Assembly (NCBI RefSeq): GCF_000315625.1
Contig: NW_005434638.1
Span: forward strand, 108,107 to 172,106
Direction of reading: 5' to 3'
Origin: Guillardia theta CCMP2712
Taxonomy: Eukaryota > Protista > Cryptophyta
Length of the DNA stretch: 64,000 nucleotides
The notes beneath the pieces were generated by a model. It was not told the origin of the DNA and ran no database searches. It worked only from the letters and a program-made list of their open reading frames with translations. Shown here piece by piece: positions 25,548-41,100 of the stretch (the stretch's first letter is position 1; the number at the start of each line of letters is the position of its first letter). The translations under genes and the position numbers were made by a program.

Positions 25548-27123
25548 TTACAAATCCCTTTCGGTCTTGATCTCTTCGAATTTCGAATTCTCCTTCATAC
25601 GGATCCGGTCTGCAATCTTCACGAAATGTTGTAGACGATTCTGCACTGCCATTGCAAGAAGTTGGAGCTTCTTCTGCCCAGCTTCTGTTTCCTTCATTCG
25701 AGAAATTGTTTCTTCCTGCATCGAGCCGTCACTAGAGTGCAAAAACGTGTAAGTACTACATACCCTGTGATAGTCTGAAATAAAATCTCTCTGCAATTCA
25801 TCAGCACTTCGGTTATCTCCCATTTCACTAGCAAAAGGCCGGCAGCTCTCCGGGGTCGTCATCCTGACCTGTTCGAACTCTTCCTTGGATACCTAAATAA
25901 TGACGTCAGAATACTGGAAATAGAGAGGATATGGAAATCAGCGACAGGAATCGTTCATGTTCTCATGTACACACACACACACACACACACACTTCTTTAC
26001 TCCTCTCTATTGATCTCACCGGTCGAATGTAATGTTTCGAGCAGACCAGCGTTCCATTTCCGTCGAAAACTTTTTCCGATGCGAAACAATAGAACCCACA
26101 TCCAAAGAAACTCGAGCCCCATGAATCCCGACATCTGTAAAATTTGCAGACCTTCAGCTGGTCATCGTTCAATATCTCTTCAATCATGTAACAAATCCAA
26201 TCCAACTCCGTCATGAAGATTGGAACATTTTTTGACGTCAATCGTGTTATGAACTCCTCCTTATGAATTCCACAGATTGTAGATATCAGGTCTGAAACAT
26301 ATAATTCTTGACGGACAGGCATCATGTTTTCGATCATATCCCATTTCATCCTCATAAATCCTGTATCCTGACTACGTTCCCAAATTTCATTTTCCATCAT
26401 TTCAAACACACCAGTATCCTTTTGATCCCCCATCAACAAATTACAGTCATGCGAAAAGCGCTTTTGCATTGTATGATTCTGAATGACCTTGAATGTACTG
26501 AGTGCACTGCTGACCACATTCTGGATCGAAGGCGGAAGCACATAAGCTAAATTCAAGATTTGATCCTGACTGTACTCCGAGAACCTTGCCATCAAAGGAT
26601 AAGCCCAATGTTGTGTGTCATACGTCTGAAAATATGTAATATCGTCTGCCAAACCCACTCTATTCACGTTGTAGCTCAAAGGTCGTTCAACTGCTACAAC
26701 ATCATGCTCTTGTTTTACATCTGAAACCTCCACTTTAACAAGAGCAAGATCACTTGACGAGTTCCAATCACAACAAGAGTCTCCTCTGCCATTCTTTATA
26801 CACCGTGAGCATGGTCTGCTCAGATCACACCGAGCTTTGGCTCGTTTGCAAGCCTCGCATGCTCTGGGCACTTGAGCTCGCGGCTCGTGCGTTTCACCTG
26901 TCCAATCAACGCAAGTGCTTTCTTGGCCCTTTGCAATACAACGAGTACATGGTCTCGTATCTCCACACTTCATCTTCAGTTTCCTGCATGCTACGCATGC
27001 TCTGCTGACTGGCAACTGAGCAAGGCGCCTCGTCTTCACTACTTTCTTCTCCTTACCATCTGCATCCATTGTCGCAAAGAGAGGGAGAGATGCAGGCTGC
27101 CCGAGAACAGCCGTGCTCATCAT
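25548..27123 (-). CDS. Transcription factor with two tandem Zn(II)2Cys6 (GAL4-type) clusters; 2 exons
   Basis: 'ACVACRKLKMKCGDTRPCTRC...C' and 'ACEACKRAKARCDLSRPCSRC...C'. Intron 25893-26019 contains a (CA)n tract and joins ORF 25963-27123 to ORF 25548-25862 in frame. Confidence 0.8.
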
Positions 27124-28935
27124 GTCACTCGCTTGCCCTTCACCTCAAATGAACAATGATCCTCCAAGAAAGTCGCTGCTTAAACCAGGCCGCAACCAAG
27201 TTGCATAGAGAGATCTAGCAATCATGAACAGTCAGTACACATGTTTACAACATATGCATATAATAATAGATCAATCGGACACATGTCCTAAACACTTGAA
27301 GATTGCCCTGTATGTAAAATATGCATGGATTTTCTGTGATACACAATAAAAAGAGTAGACATTCCACGGACTGCATAAAGGAGCAATATCTACTGCTACC
27401 ACACGGCATTTTCACTTGCAAATCATCCCCACTTCCTAAATTTCTGTGCTTGAATCAATTTTTCTCAGCCTCTTCTCTTTGGTTAAAACATTTTCCTGGG
27501 CATCCTTCTGTTCAGTATTGTGCTCCTCCCCTGCGTCACGATATCTCGTTCTATCCTCTTCACCGCGCCATGTGCGCTAATATCCAAACTGTATCAAAAA
27601 CCACCCCTACCCCCTCCGACATTCCTCTCACCCCTGTTGCCCTTTTCGAAGACTGTTACTACCCCCCTCTGTTGGCTTGATCCTCGTCACGAAAATATCC
27701 CTGTATCCACCTATTCACCCTTTGTTGTACTACCCTACCCCCTTTTGAATTGAAAAATCTCGATGGGACCAAGAACCTACAAGATGTACCTATCAAGTAT
27801 GCTCCCACCACCCGCTGCTTCCTTACTTTACAACCCACCCACCCACTGTAAATATGTTTGTTCCCTGGTCCCCTCACCCCTGACCCCGTAGAGATCATGC
27901 GTCACCCTACCCCTGGTGTCCCTACCCGACCCCTACCATCCCACTATTCGGCCTCACCCCATAAAATTGGAGTTACCACACACCTCTTTAAAAAAACCAT
28001 TTTATATGATAGTAATCCGCCTCAGGGATGGGCGCATCCAATTGTAAGGGTTAGTTACAATTTCAAATATTGGCAGCAACTTCTTGTACATATTTGAATA
28101 TTTTCTGTACATTCTGCAAAACCACCCCCGACCCGGTTGAGAATGGATAAAGCCCTTTCAAGAGTACCCCACCCCTTTGTACCCACTCTGCTGGAAATTA
28201 TGAGGCCGTGATGAAATATAAAATATGATTTTTATAATTGTGAGCCCAAAGAGACAAACTGATTTTCATCCTCTGATTTCAAAACAAATCTCCAGATTTT
28301 CGTGTGCTCAACGAAATTTTCAAATTTGTCTGCATCCACCGATCATCTTCTGAAAGGCCCTGACAGCACCACCCCCCTTTCAAGTCCCTTCCGACTAGAA
28401 TAACTGTCTTATTTACTTGACCACTTTACTACCATCGGTGTAGATCACCCCATCATAACCTACTTATCACCCCTACTTCTAAATCCCTACTACCCCTCGT
28501 GCTTTTGTCTGACCCCAGTCCAACGGCTTTACTACATCAATGACTCTTTTTAGTTTTTATAATGTCAATGAGCGGTACAAATACAATTTTTAGGCTTGAT
28601 CTTTCGTGCGAAGGGTTGTTTAAAAGGTATTTTTCACTCAGTCGCTGACTGATCACGTTACCAGATGACTTGATTCCCGAGAGTGACCTGACCAGTGACA
28701 GGCAGAAATGAGCAAAAAAAATGCACCGGGCCCGTGTGGTGGCCCGGCAGTCGCCGGGCCAATGACCCTCCGGTCGAACGAATTCCGCCGGCTTTCCGGG
28801 CCTCCGCCTGCGCCCGGGGCACTGAACTCCCGCACACCACATTCGTACTAGTAGTTTTTTCTGCCTTTACCAAAAAGTAACTCAAACAACCTAGGCGGGC
28901 TGGATTTCATCCTGACAAGCCGCAATGCCAGATAA

Positions 28936-31900
28936 TGGAGCGACCAAAACATGGCAAGAGACCATGTGAGACGGCGACCATGAGCTGATATGCTTGTTCA
29001 TGATAACTTTGTCCTGTATCATGTCGCTACCTGCTCTTGTGGTAAGAGCCTAACCTGCCCTGCGCACCGCGCAGGGTGTGGATTCATGCCACCCTGGTCG
29101 ACATGGGCCACAGGCATTACCCGGATCGTCTTTCCGTCAACATAGTGAGGACAAGCTTACATGACGCGAGGTGCTGGGTTGCTCCTCTTCCACGTCTTTC
29201 TGTCATTGGTCAGCCATGCTCTGACAGCGTCTGTTGGGTATGGAAAGCAGAGCCCCATCGTCGATACCCCGAGCATGTCAAAGTTGCCTTCCAATCGCAA
29301 CAAGAGATTTTACGACGAGCTTGGAAAGAAGATTGCGAATCTAGATGAGCATGATTTTGACAGATTTGTTCTCGGGGCATTCGACATCCTGAACCGACCA
29401 TGCAAGATTGCCTTCTCGGACCTTGTCGAAAGCGTCCGGCTGATCCCTGCGGATCCCTGGCAGTTGCTCGGGGGCCCGTGGATGGTGAGAGACTCAGCTG
29501 TCTGCGAGTGGTTCTGGTCGAATCCCGCATGGGAACCGATGACGCAGGCGGGACCAGAATGCGAGAGGCTGCTGGTGCCACAGCAGATCCATTCCTTCCA
29601 TCGGGCGGTAAAGCAATGTCCAGCAGGGGGGGTGGTTCAAGTCAGCGAGGGCTTGTACAGGTGAGCACGTAAGAGTCGCATGCCGCATGCTGACTGTGCT
29701 GCCCCTCAGGTGGGATGGGTCCATAAAGATTCGATCAGGATTGAAGCTCGAGAGCTTGGATGGCGGCGTGCACGTTGTTGGGCAAGAGAGTCCAGTGCTG
29801 ATGGGACAGTGGCAGTTTGCTCAGGGTTCAGCAGGAAGTTTGAGGAGTGTCGGACTTGCAGGTGAGAAGGGCTCTTTGAATGAGGAGGAGATGCGGTTGT
29901 TGCGTCCTGATTGGACTCTTTGAAGCGAATCTCTCCCACGAGTCTGAGAGCTTGCTGGACATCCGCGCTGGGCCATGGAGGTTCCAGTGGTGCGAATGCC
30001 GAAGTGTAAGAGAGGTCGTGCTGTGATCATGGCAAGCTTGACTGGGACGTGTCGTCCAGGTGAAGGGGGAAGTGGTGAACGTTTGCTGTTTCGGAGAGGC
30101 GGACTTCAAGGAATGCACCTTGGCAGGGATGGGAGCTGAAGAGAATCTGCGCGCGTCAATGGGTACTCGTTCCTCCTCGTACCTGGTGGAGGAGCTGAAG
30201 GATGGTGCGACACAGGTGCGTTCGTGACGGACTGGGGGAATGTGAGGTTTGAACTGTGCTCCTTCTCCTCTTTCGGGCTGTTGGACATCGGCCTAGGAGA
30301 CGAAAACAACAATGCTGAGAAAACGCCCAAGTCTGAACAATCCACAGAGGAGAAGGATAAAGATGAGGAGGACGACGAGGACGAGGAAGAGGACGAGAGC
30401 GAGGACGAAGAAGAAAGTCTTGGGGATGCCGAAGAGGAGAATTTACAGTCAAACGATGATCAAAGGATTGGTGCCACCGATCGGTTGAAACTTGGTTTCG
30501 GCCTCTTCATTGATGGTGACGGCCATGTGCATTGTGTAAATAGTGAGTTTCTCCTCCTCAACCTTCCCTCCTCCTCCTCCTCCTCCTCCTCATCATCATC
30601 ATCATCATCATCATCATCAACATCAACATCATCATCATCATCATCATCCCCATTTACACGATCGCCCGACCTTTCCCAATCTTCCTGCCCCAGTTCTGTT
30701 CTCAAAACTCTATCTTGTCTCTCGAATCCTTGCCTGTCCTCTCTGCTCTTCTCCTGCTGTTCACCTCTCGTCCCCAGGCTCTTTCTCGGACTGTCACGTC
30801 GGCATCGTCCTGATGGCAAACAGCTCGGCTGTTATTGCTCAGTCGACATTCCTCAAGGTATTCTCGATCGACTCACGCGTCCGCTACGATGGTGATAGTT
30901 GCCAAAGGATGTCTCATTCGGAGCCTTCTATGCTGATGAACATTCGAACTCCACCCTCTGCATCATGAACTGCAGGTCTGATGTCCCTAGTTTGGGCTCC
31001 TATTCCCTCCTCCTTCCGTCTTCTCCTACTTCTCCCTGATCCTCCCTTCTTTCCCCTTTCCTCCCGCCCTTCCGCCCTCCTTATTGATTCGTTATCATAT
31101 CAGGGGGTATGGACAGACATGGGCCGGGCCTGAAAGACCGAAACATCTGAACGATTACTTGTTCGAAGGATTCAAGATTGTCGTTTCTCCTTTCGTCCCT
31201 GCCAATGACGAAGAGAGGATGGAGTACTACAGGATGGAGCAGGTGAGGGAGGAGGAGAGCAAAGAGATGAACTTACCCACAACTGGTAGGAAGTTGAGAG
31301 GAGCAAGGGAAAGGTTGTATGAATGATGCTGAGGTTCCAACTGAGTGAAACTTGTTCTGATCTAGTTTCGAAACACCTTCGATAGGGACAAGCTCGTGCA
31401 AGCCGATCCTTCTCTCTTCCCCTGCTCAGAGTAACCGAATGTTTCCTTCCCTCCCCTTGCTTTCTTCCTTTGCATCTCCTCTCCCTGCCTCGCTGTCCTC
31501 CTCCCCCGGTCGATCTTACTCCTCCACTTGCACTTGTAGTACCTTCCTCTGTCGCCCTGTTCTCGCCCTCTCTCCCGATTGAAGTAACAAGGAGTTGAGC
31601 AGCGAACATAAGTACGTGTATGACGTGAGAGAAGCTGCTCCTATCAACACAGAGCTTTACCCAATTAGCAAGGATGGCCTTCTAGCCCTTCCGCAGCGCT
31701 TCTATGTGAGTACCGAGGGCAAGGACAAGCAAGGCGTAAAGGGCGGGAGGGATATGCTGATTTTTACTTTCTACAGTTTCTCTCCAAGAAGCCGATCGCA
31801 CTGACAGATGACCCTCGGAAGTTTCGCCATCCTAATCCGGACGAGTTTTGTTACAACTGTGATGTCGGTGTGCGGTACGTGCGATCGGCTGATGGAGGGT

Positions 31901-32973
31901 TGAAGGCGGAAGGAAAGATCACCTGATGATGTGGTGCCCTGAAGGCCAGGTGATCCTTCCATCTCCTCGTTCCTTCCTACCCTCTTCTCCTGTATGCATA
32001 TGTTCATGGTGTTATCAGCGCCCCATCGAGCACAGAGCTGTTCCCGTCGTCGACCCTTGGTTCCTATTCCTCCTCCTCCCTTTTTCACTTGTGAGGCTTT
32101 TCTGCACAAGCTTGGCGGAAGCCTGTGGGATCACAGCGGAGTTGCGGAAGCGACAGAAACAGCGTGCATGGAGGAGGTGAGAGGACGGAGCATTGCGTGG
32201 CTCCTGCCTGGATATGCTGCTGACAACGCGGCAGGCGAAAGTACATGGCGAATGGGAGGCAGGTGGAACGACTTGTCAAGGACGTGAGCCTTGTAGAGAT
32301 GAGCCGAAGTGGAAGAAATCACTCCTTTGCGTCTTCAGATTCACTTGCATCCTGAGATTGTCAAGCTCAACGGGTTTGACGACCAGAGAGCGACACCTTA
32401 CAAGCTCACTGCCTGCACTCAGCAACATCAGCCAGGACGGCAGGCTGCCCAAGGTTCGGGAGAACAAACTCAACGGCAACATCGAATGGTGACAAGACGC
32501 CGCATCTGGTCTCTTGACTCGTCTAATCAGGTACAACACAACCTCCAAGAAGTGGAAAAGCCTCCAGGTGCCCTGGCTGGGTCTCCCCGTTCAGACCGGA
32601 CTCGTTCTAGAGAACGGTCGGTCGAGATCGTCCGCGGGAGTTAGAGGCTCTGAATCCACACCTTACCTTGCAGGTCATGAATATCTGTCCAAGGCAGATA
32701 TCGTCCACCTCAACTTGCTGAGACGCAAGGACGGACTCAAGGTGCACATGGGGAGCTGAAACTTGACCATGGCCTTACTTGTTTCGTCGGCAGGCATTGA
32801 CCGACGAAGAGTGGCAGACGGAGTATCCTCGTCTACGAGAGATCTACAAGGAGCATTCAGACTCAGAGGATGATTTCCGCTTGCTCTTCCCCAAAGAATT
32901 CTTCAACAAGTCCTCGTGGGACCAACTTCCCGTGTTCTACGACCAGGTCATCAACGGCCGCTTCGGAGCATGA
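28936..32973 (+). CDS. Hypothetical multi-exon protein with a probable right-handed beta-helix (pectin-lyase-like) region and a Cys/His knuckle-like motif
   Basis: Chain of short GT-AG-bounded exons: 'LLVPQQIHSFHRAVKQCPAGGVVQVSEGLYRWDG', 'LMGQWQF', 'LLDIRAGPWRFQWCECRS' and later 'CYNCD...HLMMWCP'. Could be two genes. Confidence 0.45.
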
Positions 32974-33171
32974 AAGCGGGGGAGAGCATGCAGTGCAGTA
33001 AACTCCCTGTGCTGCTATCGCCTGTCATTTCCTCCCTGCTCCGCCCTACACCATTTGTGCGAAAATCCAGTCCACCCCCACCCCCTCATCTTCGTTACAT
33101 GACCCCACACATTCCTGCAAACCCCCCTTTATGTGTCGTAAGGAAAAGGGCGCAAGTTCGGATCCCTTGAC

Positions 33172-34971
<1,800 letters not shown>

Positions 34972-36626
34972 GCCTCCGGACTCAAGCTGAGCACTAGCTA
35001 GAGTCAGTGAACATCGAGTTCATCGGATCATAAACCCCGCATCATAAACTGGTGATCCGATGAACTGAAAGTTCACCAGTTCATGGGATCATAAACGCTG
35101 CCGCTCACAGGCTGACCACTGAAAGCCTAGCCGGGTACCCGCCGGGCCGCTATCATGGCATGAGACGATTGAAGGCCGAGAAGGTTGAAGTAGTAGTCAC
35201 TAGCGGCGGTCGCGGGCCCGGCCCGGCCGGGCCGGGCCGGGCCGGGCCTCACTGGACCCCTGAACTCCCAATCAGCTCAAGCGTCAAGTCTCGAAGTAGT
35301 AGACGAACCGCGTTGACCCACGTAGTCCGTTTTTTCTTTGTCGCGTTGACCCTTTCACAGCCCACATCAGGAGCACCCTACCCCCACAATTGTGACTCCC
35401 AATGCCAGGATTGTACCCGTACTTCTAAACTACCTCACCCACCCCCACCTGTTAGCCTCACATTGCAAATTTTGAACCCGTTCCGTGGGGCCCTGCACTA
35501 TTGAGGTGGTGGTCTTAAATTGAGATTCTTCACCTAAGATTTGAGTTAATCTTGAACGATTTTGGGATCAAAAGTCAATTTATGGTAACTCACCCATAAA
35601 ATTAAAAGCTTCACCTGTCAATTCTTGGTTCCCAATTTAGAACGTTCGTGCCTTCTTCTTCAATTTAAGATCAAACACCCACCCCTCTTTTTACATGTCT
35701 TTTCACCCTTCAAAGGACCGTACTATATACACATCCCCCACCCTATCGTTACACTGCAACTTCACCCTACCCCTCATTGATCCACATCTCACGGCCCTAC
35801 ATTTGTTCACCCCTGCCTGATGCCCTACCGTACCCCCTTTATTTCCCACCCTCGTGGTACTTTTTTGCCTCAACCCCCCTCCCACCCGTACCTCCACCAC
35901 CCCCTACCCCAGGCCATGCCTGTTAACACTGCCTAGCCTCCAAATCTTGCACAACGCATACCCCTACCCTACTTTGCTCTATGTTACCACCCTCTCGTTA
36001 CAGGCTGCTGTCTGCTTCAATATCTTTTGCTAGCTACCTTCTTTATACCACCCCTCCTTTTTAGACGAAATCACCCTTGTTTCCTTTCGTTACCATACTG
36101 ATCACCCCCACCCCCACCACCCGCTCAGGTATCCACCTACCCCATTCCCAATCCTCGCCCCGTCGTCCTACCGGTAGCCATGGTGCTCGCCTCGGCGCGC
36201 CCCGCCAGGTTCATACGATGGCCTCCAGTGTTGAGTGCGCAGGACTTGATGCGCTGTCTGCTTGAAGACTTGTTCGTCCTCCCTGCTACTCGATCCTTCC
36301 TGGCCTCCTATCTGCCTTTTGTTCACGATTGATTATTGCGATACAGCCAATTTCTATCTATGATGTGTAATGATCATGGTAGAGGTTTCTGTGTATTCTT
36401 CAAACACTGTCTTTGCACCATGAGAAGCTGTGAAACAGGAGCTCTGGAGAATTTTTATTTCTGTTTGCTATCCAGTTGTCGTTGCAAATATTGCTTCATG
36501 GCCGAGATCTGGTGTTGTATCTCGCGCTGTTCGTGAACCTAGATTCCTTGTTGCATGCATGCGAGTCATCACCAGGCAAGCGGATAGAGTTCAAAGCTGA
36601 CTTTTATTTTCAGGTCTCCTCCACAA

Positions 36627-38113
36627 ATGGATGATAATCTGTCTGACGATCAGTTTGCTGGAGGAATAGACTTGGGTAACGGTATGTCATTTGTCCCCTA
36701 TCCCTGATCTGAGCTCAATCAACAGATGCATGTCTTTCTGAGGATAACGACGATCAATACAACAACGCAAAAATTTTTGTGGGTGGACTGAATCCTAGTA
36801 CAACCGATGAACAACTTTACTCATACTTCAGTCGATTCGGTTGAATTTGCTCCACATGTAACTTGAAAGTTCTCACTTCATTTTTTCTTTTAGGTGAAGT
36901 TGTATCCAGCAAAGTCATGTTTAGTCGTGATACAGGAAACTCGCGCAGGTTATTCTACGATTGTTACCTTGATTGATGTACGCTGATGCTCTGGAGTAGA
37001 TTCGGGTTTGCTGTATTCCAAAGCCCATACGTAGCACAAAAAGTGTGTGAAATGCAGACTCATGAACTTTGCGGGTAGCTCTGAGACAACGATTGGTTTT
37101 GATCTCACAGAAACCCCAGGTATAAAGTTGAAACACGCCTTGCTGTGCCAAGCAATCGGATGAAGAAGGCTACAACTTCTTCTGAGACTTGTAGGGAGTC
37201 TTCCAGGCTAGCAAGACAAGTGTTTGTCGGAGGCCTCCCAACAGATGTTACACCCCCCATATTTCGCGAGTGGGCAGAGCAAACCTTTCCTGGGAGGGTT
37301 GTCAATGCTGTTCTCGTAGTCGACAGATTGACTCACACGAAATCACGTGGCTTTGGATTTGTTACCTTTGATGCTCGTGACATGGTTGAAAGCGCAGCTT
37401 CAGTCAGGATGCTTCCTTTTGCTGACAGATTCGTGGAGGTGAAGAAGGCTGAAAATATGGCGCTCAAACAAAAAGGTTCAACCAAGTTTGATTTGCCCAA
37501 ATCTCCAGTTGTTCGAATCTCACCGAGTGGAAATCGTATTGAAACACCAAACGGTCGCCCCAAAACCCTGGGAGCGATCCAGAACTCAGATGGACAGGAG
37601 GTCGACTCAAAGTTGAATTCAATGTTCCAAGAGATGGGTCTCGGAGATCCTCAATTAAAGTCCAAATGGACAAAACCTGCAACCAAACCAGGAAAGAAGG
37701 AACAGACTTTGAGCGGAATGATGGAAAGCCAGTCTCCTGTTCCTCTTCCACAAGACAATGTAATGGAACAGACTATGGAACCCAAGATTCCGATGGATCA
37801 GCAATCGACTAAGCCAAACCCCATCGGATCTTGGAACATGAATCAAAGGAGTCCCTTGCAGCACCTCAGCAACGACAACCAGCTTCATTTATCCCCGACT
37901 GCGACTGGGCAGCCCAACGTTTCGAACCTATGGTCGATGCAACCGACTCACCACCACCATCAGCTGGCGTCGGATAACGACCTCATCTTCGATGTCGTCA
38001 AGATGGCTCTGCAAGGGAGCGAAGAAGACAGCTCGCTTGCCAGCACATGGAGCTCTTCGTCACAAGGAAACATCTGGGGCGCATTTGATCAAACAGTACT
38101 GCACGGCATTTAA
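36627..38113 (+). CDS. Two-RRM RNA-binding protein (Musashi/hnRNP A-D-like); multi-exon
   Basis: RRM1 'KIFVGGL...YFSRFGEV...FGFAVF' and RRM2 'QVFVGGL...RGFGFVTF...VEVKKA'. Low-complexity C-terminus. Confidence 0.85.
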
Positions 38114-38171
38114 TTGGTTTTTTGAAGATGGAGCCCAGACCCTTTCACTAGCCAAGCTCTTTTCAATTCTT

Positions 38172-41100
38172 TCAACCATCAGTAATAGTTGAGTAACGTG
38201 AGAAGCTTACACGGAAATCGGATTTTAACAACTTATTAGCGTTAATCAGTAAACCAGTCCTGAATTTTTCATGATCTAGGAATTTCTCGCACACCTCGGA
38301 CATTTCCCACTTGAGTTCAATCTTTCTCGCCTCTTGAAAATCTTGCATTCTGAGCACTTCGCCATCATCCATCTAGAAGTTTCAAAACCTCGATTGCCGT
38401 CATGATACGCTTGGTTGTCGCCGTCTGCTTCAGATCGACTATTGGAAGCATTGACGGCAGGACTGAAAGCAATTTCAAACTCTGAGGGTCACGACTGACA
38501 ACACACTTACCCTGATCGCCTTGTGGACGAGTTGACGAAGGTTGTGACGTCACACCAAAAGAGGAAGAAAGTCTCTCTCGTCCTGAGGCAACACATCACT
38601 CGCTGCCTGCCAGCCTCTTGGTCTCCGACCTCGACTCTCGATTTTGCTTGCAGATTTCTGCTAAACGTTTCAACCTGCTGTGAAGGTGAACAAGAGGTCT
38701 GAATGGCATGGTGTCTGACAAGACCATTCGTTCTTGGACGAGTCTTTGTGCTTCAACGACTTGATGGGTTTTGAGCTGTCAACCTTCTCATTAATCCGCA
38801 CGACCATGATACTTACTCACCCTTGCCCAGCAGAGCCCCTCCTGTCGTCTGCTTCGACTCGAGACTCCTCAAACTCTAGCAGACCCAACGCCGAAGAAAT
38901 CGAGCTGGAGTCGTGCTCGATCGTGCGTGATGTATCTAGACAGCAAGTCAAAGTCGAACATCGCCCAAGTTGCAAGGAGCACCGCTATCCACCAGGTCAT
39001 GCGAACTGACAAAGTCATCGATCTGGAAGTGATTGAAGTCTCCTAGCATCTCACAGTCGGATATGGTGGGATGAATCTGTCGGAGGTAGGAGGACGGATG
39101 CCGCGCCTGCCGTGCAATGTTTACTGAAGTTCGTCGTGAACGCATGCTCGACCTGGGAGATTAATGACTCGGCTAACGCCAGCGCCTTGTCGTTGGCGTT
39201 GTAGTTCTGAATCATCCAAGTGCTGCGTCCAGGTAAGAAAGGGGGGGTATCGGGGAGCAAGCTTGCTCACGGGCGTATCAGCAGCCTGACGTTGATGCAG
39301 TCGCTGATGTACACAGATGCGATGTCGAACCTATCCTGAGGCTCGTTCAAGACCTGCGCAATGGTGTGCAGGACTTCCAGCTTCCATCCATTCAGCAGGT
39401 CGTTATCCAGCACGAACGGGACGATGTCTTCTGCGAACGTGACGTTGACAGCCACAGGTGTGTCCTTAGGAGAAGATGGTCGAGCCCCTGGATGAGTTCA
39501 GTCAGCCATCAAGTCTTGCCATGGATGGAGACCGCAACCTGATTGCTGATGGGATGTGCTGTTGTGTGCAGCCAAGTTGATGAGAACTTGAGTTGGCTCG
39601 CCGGTCTCGCCCATGATTGATTCATTCTTCTCGTTTCTCACCTCGAATGCCTTCCAGGCCGGATATTGATGGCCCAGGAGCATGATGGATCGTTCTTTCA
39701 CGTTTTCGTTACTTTCACGAATCACAGATTGATTGAAGGTGTGCTGTTGAGATGAAAGCAGACCCTGTTTCACTTGAATACTTTCGTAAACAGCAGCTTT
39801 GTCTATTTGCACCTGACGACTCGTTACTTCTGCACTTCCCATCACCGCAGAGCTTTTACCTTCCCTATCTCGTAGTGGACATTGTTCTGTGGCTTACAGA
39901 CAATCGTTGCCACCAAACAGTCTGAATTGTTCTTGAGCAAGAAGCGAAAAGTTTCATTGAACAGGATTTCTTCTCGGTAGATCCTGGACTTGGTATACTT
40001 CCGATCATCTCCGCATTCAACTTGCACGTAAATCTTTGACCCAAAAGGGACCAAGGGAATGTTCTTGCAAGCGATGACACTCATATCGAAGACCACATCG
40101 TGGGTCCCATCCTGATGCTGCATCAGTCCAGAGCTCGGAGAGGAGGGGTCGTCTGGAGCAATTATCTCTTCTGCCCTCCCATTTTTGGCACGGGATGGTA
40201 CCTAGAAACACAAAGGTTTCAATCGTTATGAGCAAACTTTCACTACTATTGAGATCGCAAGCACCGGGTCGAACTGCACGGACACGTCGAGATACGAGCT
40301 CAACTTCTCCTTTGACTTGAGTTCCATCCTTGATAGAGGCATCAGTCTTGAGCCTTACAGATGCACACCAGCACTCACCCGTTGAGGCCCAAGAGCTTCA
40401 GCCCGATGGTCTGATCTTGCTGCGAGAGGTTCCCTAGGGGAGGGTCAACGAGGTCCCGAGCAGGAGCTTTCTCACCGTTCTTTGACAGGTAGAGCTCCAC
40501 GTCACTGACGTCGATAGCAGCTTCTCCTAGTATCAAGATGTTGCCATTGGAGTTGGATTGGATGACCTTCACTCAAGTCACTTCCTCACTCGAAACCCCA
40601 CCTGCTACCTGTATCAATATTCTTTCGCTCGAGTTCACATCTTTGATGAATGATTCATTCCACACGGTTCTGTCACGTGTTGATTGTTGTTTCTTAGTCT
40701 CAAAAGCGCATTCGTTTCCGATGTGTACCCGACAATGGAGAAGTGTATCTCTGGACATCAACATCGGTTGATTGCAGCATTGGATAACATTAATCTTTAG
40801 ATTTTTTCGCGTGTTGGTTTGGATTTCTTCCCGCTTTTTGTTCCCTTTCGATTTCCCCAGCGGCATAAATTCTTGAATTCCGAACAACAACTTTGCCGCG
40901 TTGAACAGCTTGAAAGCGATTTTGATGCATGGGCTACATTGGCTTGGTTCTGACAGCTGATCTTGACTTTTGCTTCTCTCAGACAGCTTGAAAGTCATAA
41001 AGATTTCATCTTGCACGACATCAGCACCATCATTAACTAGAATCGAGTACAAAATGTCGGCCATGGAAATTCGAACGCTCCCGATCGCACGCAACTCCTT

